Source: Nemertoderma westbladi
Taxonomy: Eukaryota; Animalia; Xenacoelomorpha
DNA: 64,000 nucleotides
NCBI GenBank assembly: GCA_032718475.1
Contig: JAUCBJ010003225.1
Span: forward strand, 1 to 64,000
Direction of reading: 5' to 3'
Positions 60,371 through 64,000 of this stretch are shown here, one piece after another. Positions within the stretch are counted from its first letter, which is position 1. Every line of letters begins with the position of its first letter. Made by a program: the position numbers and the translations under genes. Below the pieces are notes generated by a model, which saw only the letters and a program-made list of their open reading frames with translations, was not told the DNA's origin and ran no database searches.

Positions 60371-63300
60371 CCGCTCCCAGAAAATGGGATTTAAGTCTAT
60401 AAAATATAACAAATCACAGTTTCTAAAATATAAAAATACTCTAAACAGTTAGTCTTTCTTACGCGGACGGCGTTTACGCAGCTTTTTGAGGCTAGCAAGA
60501 GTCCTTTTCTCTTTGGGGCGAGCCACTTTACTAGGAGGGCTGTAACTCCTGGGTGAAGGGTGCAATATGATTGCATCAGAAGGTGTAGGATTATGGTCGG
60601 GGTATCCGCCGTTTCGATATGCTTCTCCTCGAGCTGATTTTCCTCCGCTCGTAGCTGGATACGTTCATCCAAAAACTCTCGCAGAGAATAGGATCGTCCA
60701 AGTTCGATAACTTCTTAGAGATTCTGGATTTCCCGATCGAACTGAGATATAGTTACTTTGTTTACCGCTTGGACTTGCTAGTGCAATTTACATTTATCTG
60801 AACAAGCGTAAGTTCTTTTTCTGATCTTTGTAGAATAGCGTCTAACTCATTTGGTACAACGCTCTCCGCCACTTTGGTGACAGGTTATATCGTGTTAAGC
60901 CGGGACGATGGTAAGGGTTAAACGGCGATATTAAATGTCCGCATCCCAATCCGGCTAGGTAGGATGGGCTAATATCTAGGAAGCCTACAACCGGGTGCCA
61001 CCGACTAATTGTTCAGGTAACACTAGATCATTGAGCAGTGAGTACAGCTCGGGAGGATCCGTCATACTAATAGGATCAAGAGTCTGAGGTCTCACTAGGG
61101 AATGAGGAGGTCTGATCGAGTATTCCGAAACTCTGATCATTGGTTTATTTAAGGATCATCTGAGTCGAACGAGCGTAGGTGATACATCGAACAAGTTTCG
61201 CTCGAAACTCCCGTAAATATAGCGAGTAAAACCGTGTTTAAAGCAACGTCTCCGCGGATGTTTATGTCTTTTCGTTTGTTGGTTGGATCTTGGGCATTCA
61301 TTGCAATAATACCAAAGACGCACGTCTTGTAGGGGAAACGCGGGTGATCGTTCTCCAGTTTTACAATATTCCTCCATCTGATCGAAGCTATCCGGTACAA
61401 CAGGTAGCGGTTGATCGGCGGTAAGATACATCATAGTGGAATAGAGCCGTTTGAGTTCTACCATGCGGTCATGAGGTATACCTTGAGGATATCGAGTTTC
61501 TAGATTCTGTTGACTGGTAATATCGAGATAGGTTTCTCTCAAGAATTCCAGGTATTTGGTGAAGTCGCTGCGTTTATCCGGCTCTTCAACATCTGCACTT
61601 TCGAGTCGGTTTCGAATATAATTTTCGTGTTCGAGTTTCAGTTTATCGTTCCGCTTCCGCTGGGTAGGATATTTAAATAAAACCATTTCCCTTTTGGTGT
61701 CTATATCGTCCGTATCATGTAGGTCGATAGGATGACCAGTAGTTAAGAAGTCCATATACATACCATTACGATGCGTATAGCGAGCGGTAAATTTTCTACA
61801 GTCCAACCCACGCGCAAGTTGCTCCCGGGAGATTGGCGGTTAGATATAATGACCATCGTCCTCCGTAGTAGTTGGACCAGGTAACATCAAGCTATCAACA
61901 AACGCTTGTAAAGGTAGAGTATATCGCTCCCTGATACCAAGATCATCATCTATCAACTCAATCATATCTGCTATATAAGTTTATCCATATTATAATGAGT
62001 TTATATTTAGGCGAGTGGGCGTCGCTGCCTACCCCTCTCTGCCCCCGGACAGTGCGAGATCCTCAGCGCTGGTGTACTTTCGTCGATGTGCCTATCGCCA
62101 ACGTCGTAGCTGCACAACGACTACAACAACCAGCACAAGTCACTCCACCGTCCGTCCCAAAGGCTTAGATATACTTCAGGTTCTTACTGGAGAGTTAGGG
62201 CTACTTTCACAATTGCGACTCGCTACTGTAAACACACCTTAGTAGTAACATTCACCTACAAACGCACAAATTCCACGTAACAGTCACAAATGGTACACAT
62301 TCTATCACACATTCGGGTCATTTGTCCGTTAGTCAAGTGCCTTCCAGAATGTCACGTTGTTATTATGTATTCTTGGATACTAGCGGTGTGCTATTTATTC
62401 CGTATGCTATTCAATGAGCAAGCTTTTTATTATTCTGTTAACTCGCTTCTAATTCTAGCGTGGTTGTTGCTATGGTGACATTATGGAAAGCTAGCGGTAG
62501 AATTAGGGTAATTCCCATGCATACAGATCTGGGATGCTATTTAATAGTAAGTCTTTAATGGTCAATATCATCTTTATACATGATTGTATGAATTTTATCG
62601 GCTATTGACTCTATATTGGAGATTCTCGCACACTAATACACTTAAGAGGTGAATCTCCGCTCCCATGATCTATTAATTAATGGAATTTTGGGAATATTAT
62701 AAATTGTATAAAATAACAATTTATCAAATTCATTAAAAAATGAATTTAAATTTATTCCCGTAATTTTATTATTTAATATTAAATAAACACAATTTTATTC
62801 CAGAACAAGTCTGGGGACTGGGATCCTTGATTCTAGGGATTTGTCCTTTTAAGAGTATCGGTAAGTGCTACGATATCTTAATCGACTAGAATTTTAAAGG
62901 ATCTAAAATTTAAGATTTTGTAAATATTAATAATTAATATTTAGGATGGGCACCAGTTTATTCCAGAACTTGTCTGGGGACGTTAACCACTGATTCTAGA
63001 ATTTGTCTTTCAAGTATATTGGTGGGTGCCGCGATATCTTAATCGACAAGAATTGCAGATGGTCAAAGGGTTTAACAGATTTATTTTGCGTTATACGCTA
63101 CTGTTAAAAGGACATCACGCTACTATATGTATTATTTAATATACGGTATGAGAGCAATATCGCACGAAGCAATGTCAGTGAGAAGAGGCAAGTCGTTTCC
63201 AAGGTCTACCCAGAGCTTGGTTTAGCCGAGACACGAGGATCTGAACTTTGCATTCCTAATACTCTACTTTACCAATAATACTTGAATATAGTAGTGGCTT

Positions 63301-64000
63301 TATTGTACTTTAATAAGTACGGATATTTCATCTTACTGTAGTCACGTATTTATAATATGATACGGACAGTAAGGAAAAGAAAAAGAATTATTTCTCGCCG
63401 TCGCACTAAATATAATATATAAGTAATTAAGTAATAAACACTAATATATTGCACTAATCTACTAAATAATCACTAAATAACATTCTACTAAATAAAATTA
63501 AAGAAAACGATTATAATAAAATTACATAATAATACATACATAATATAAAATAATAAAAATAAATATAAAATAATGTAGTCACACACCCACTCCGTATGTT
63601 GTTACGTTATGGAGTCCCTAGATATTTGTTGGATTAGGGAGGTGGTCGTGGGAAGAGTATCTTGCCTTCCATAGTTTCCGGACAGTTTTCGGTCTCTTTC
63701 CAGTAAACATAAACGACCAGCTGGGCGATTGAGTGGTTGTGTTACTTTCTCCGCTCCCTTGGCCTGTCTAATCTTCACCGGGGTAAGATGAGGAGGCCAT
63801 TCATCTTCTTTACTTAGGAAGTCGTCCTCATCCCAGTTATAAGGTTCCACTTGGCTGGTCGCGAAGTTCTTTATCGCTACCATTTTTACTGACCTTATGC
63901 TGTGTTCTCCTAGTTCATCCTGGGGGGTGGACAACGCGCCTACATAATAATCCGCTATTACGGTAGATTTCCAAACCTGCATAATTCCTGACATGTTTAG
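60371..64000 (-). mobile_element. 3' internal region of a probable Gypsy-like LTR element with non-canonical ORFs
   Basis: Abuts the PPT/LTR; minus-strand ORF entering from the window end (stop at 63602) and a decayed ORF from 61965 to ~60400; no RT/IN motifs visible. Confidence 0.5.
61156..61965 (-). pseudogene. Unknown ORF (MIELIDDD...; one in-frame stop at 61840-61842) with CxxC/His cluster
   Basis: ATG at 61965 is in frame with the 216-aa ORF; YCNECP...HKHP..RCFKH. Confidence 0.5.

Overview
AT-rich, repeat-dense invertebrate (probably protostome) genomic window; it is not prokaryotic and has no CRISPR or rRNA. Host genes: (1) five + strand exons (32176-55453) encoding the DRY motif to the C-terminus of a rhodopsin-class neuropeptide GPCR, most like RYamide/luqin receptors; the TM1-3 exons were not found. 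(2) An intact GH20 beta-N-acetylhexosaminidase with an uninterrupted CDS (48670-50586), nested on the same strand inside the ~14.8-kb GPCR intron. The rest is mostly mobile DNA: RTE LINEs with (TAG)n tails, a Penelope-like element (RT+GIY-YIG) with inverted termini and a minimal hammerhead ribozyme, a pol-less BEL/Pao LTR element, the 3' end of an LTR element carrying an unknown extra ORF, tRNA-derived SINEs, a MULE relic, several MITE/foldback elements and satellites. Most notable: a dispersed ~46-bp bipartite motif (AAAGGAGCAGGTTACAG-N11/12-CTAACCAAAACAATAAAC) shared by otherwise unrelated contexts; a candidate in-frame splice acceptor that could fuse GPCR TM1-5 to the hexosaminidase; and a signal-peptide-like ORF start reconstructed from the Penelope termini. 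All family assignments come from motifs read by eye, not from database searches.
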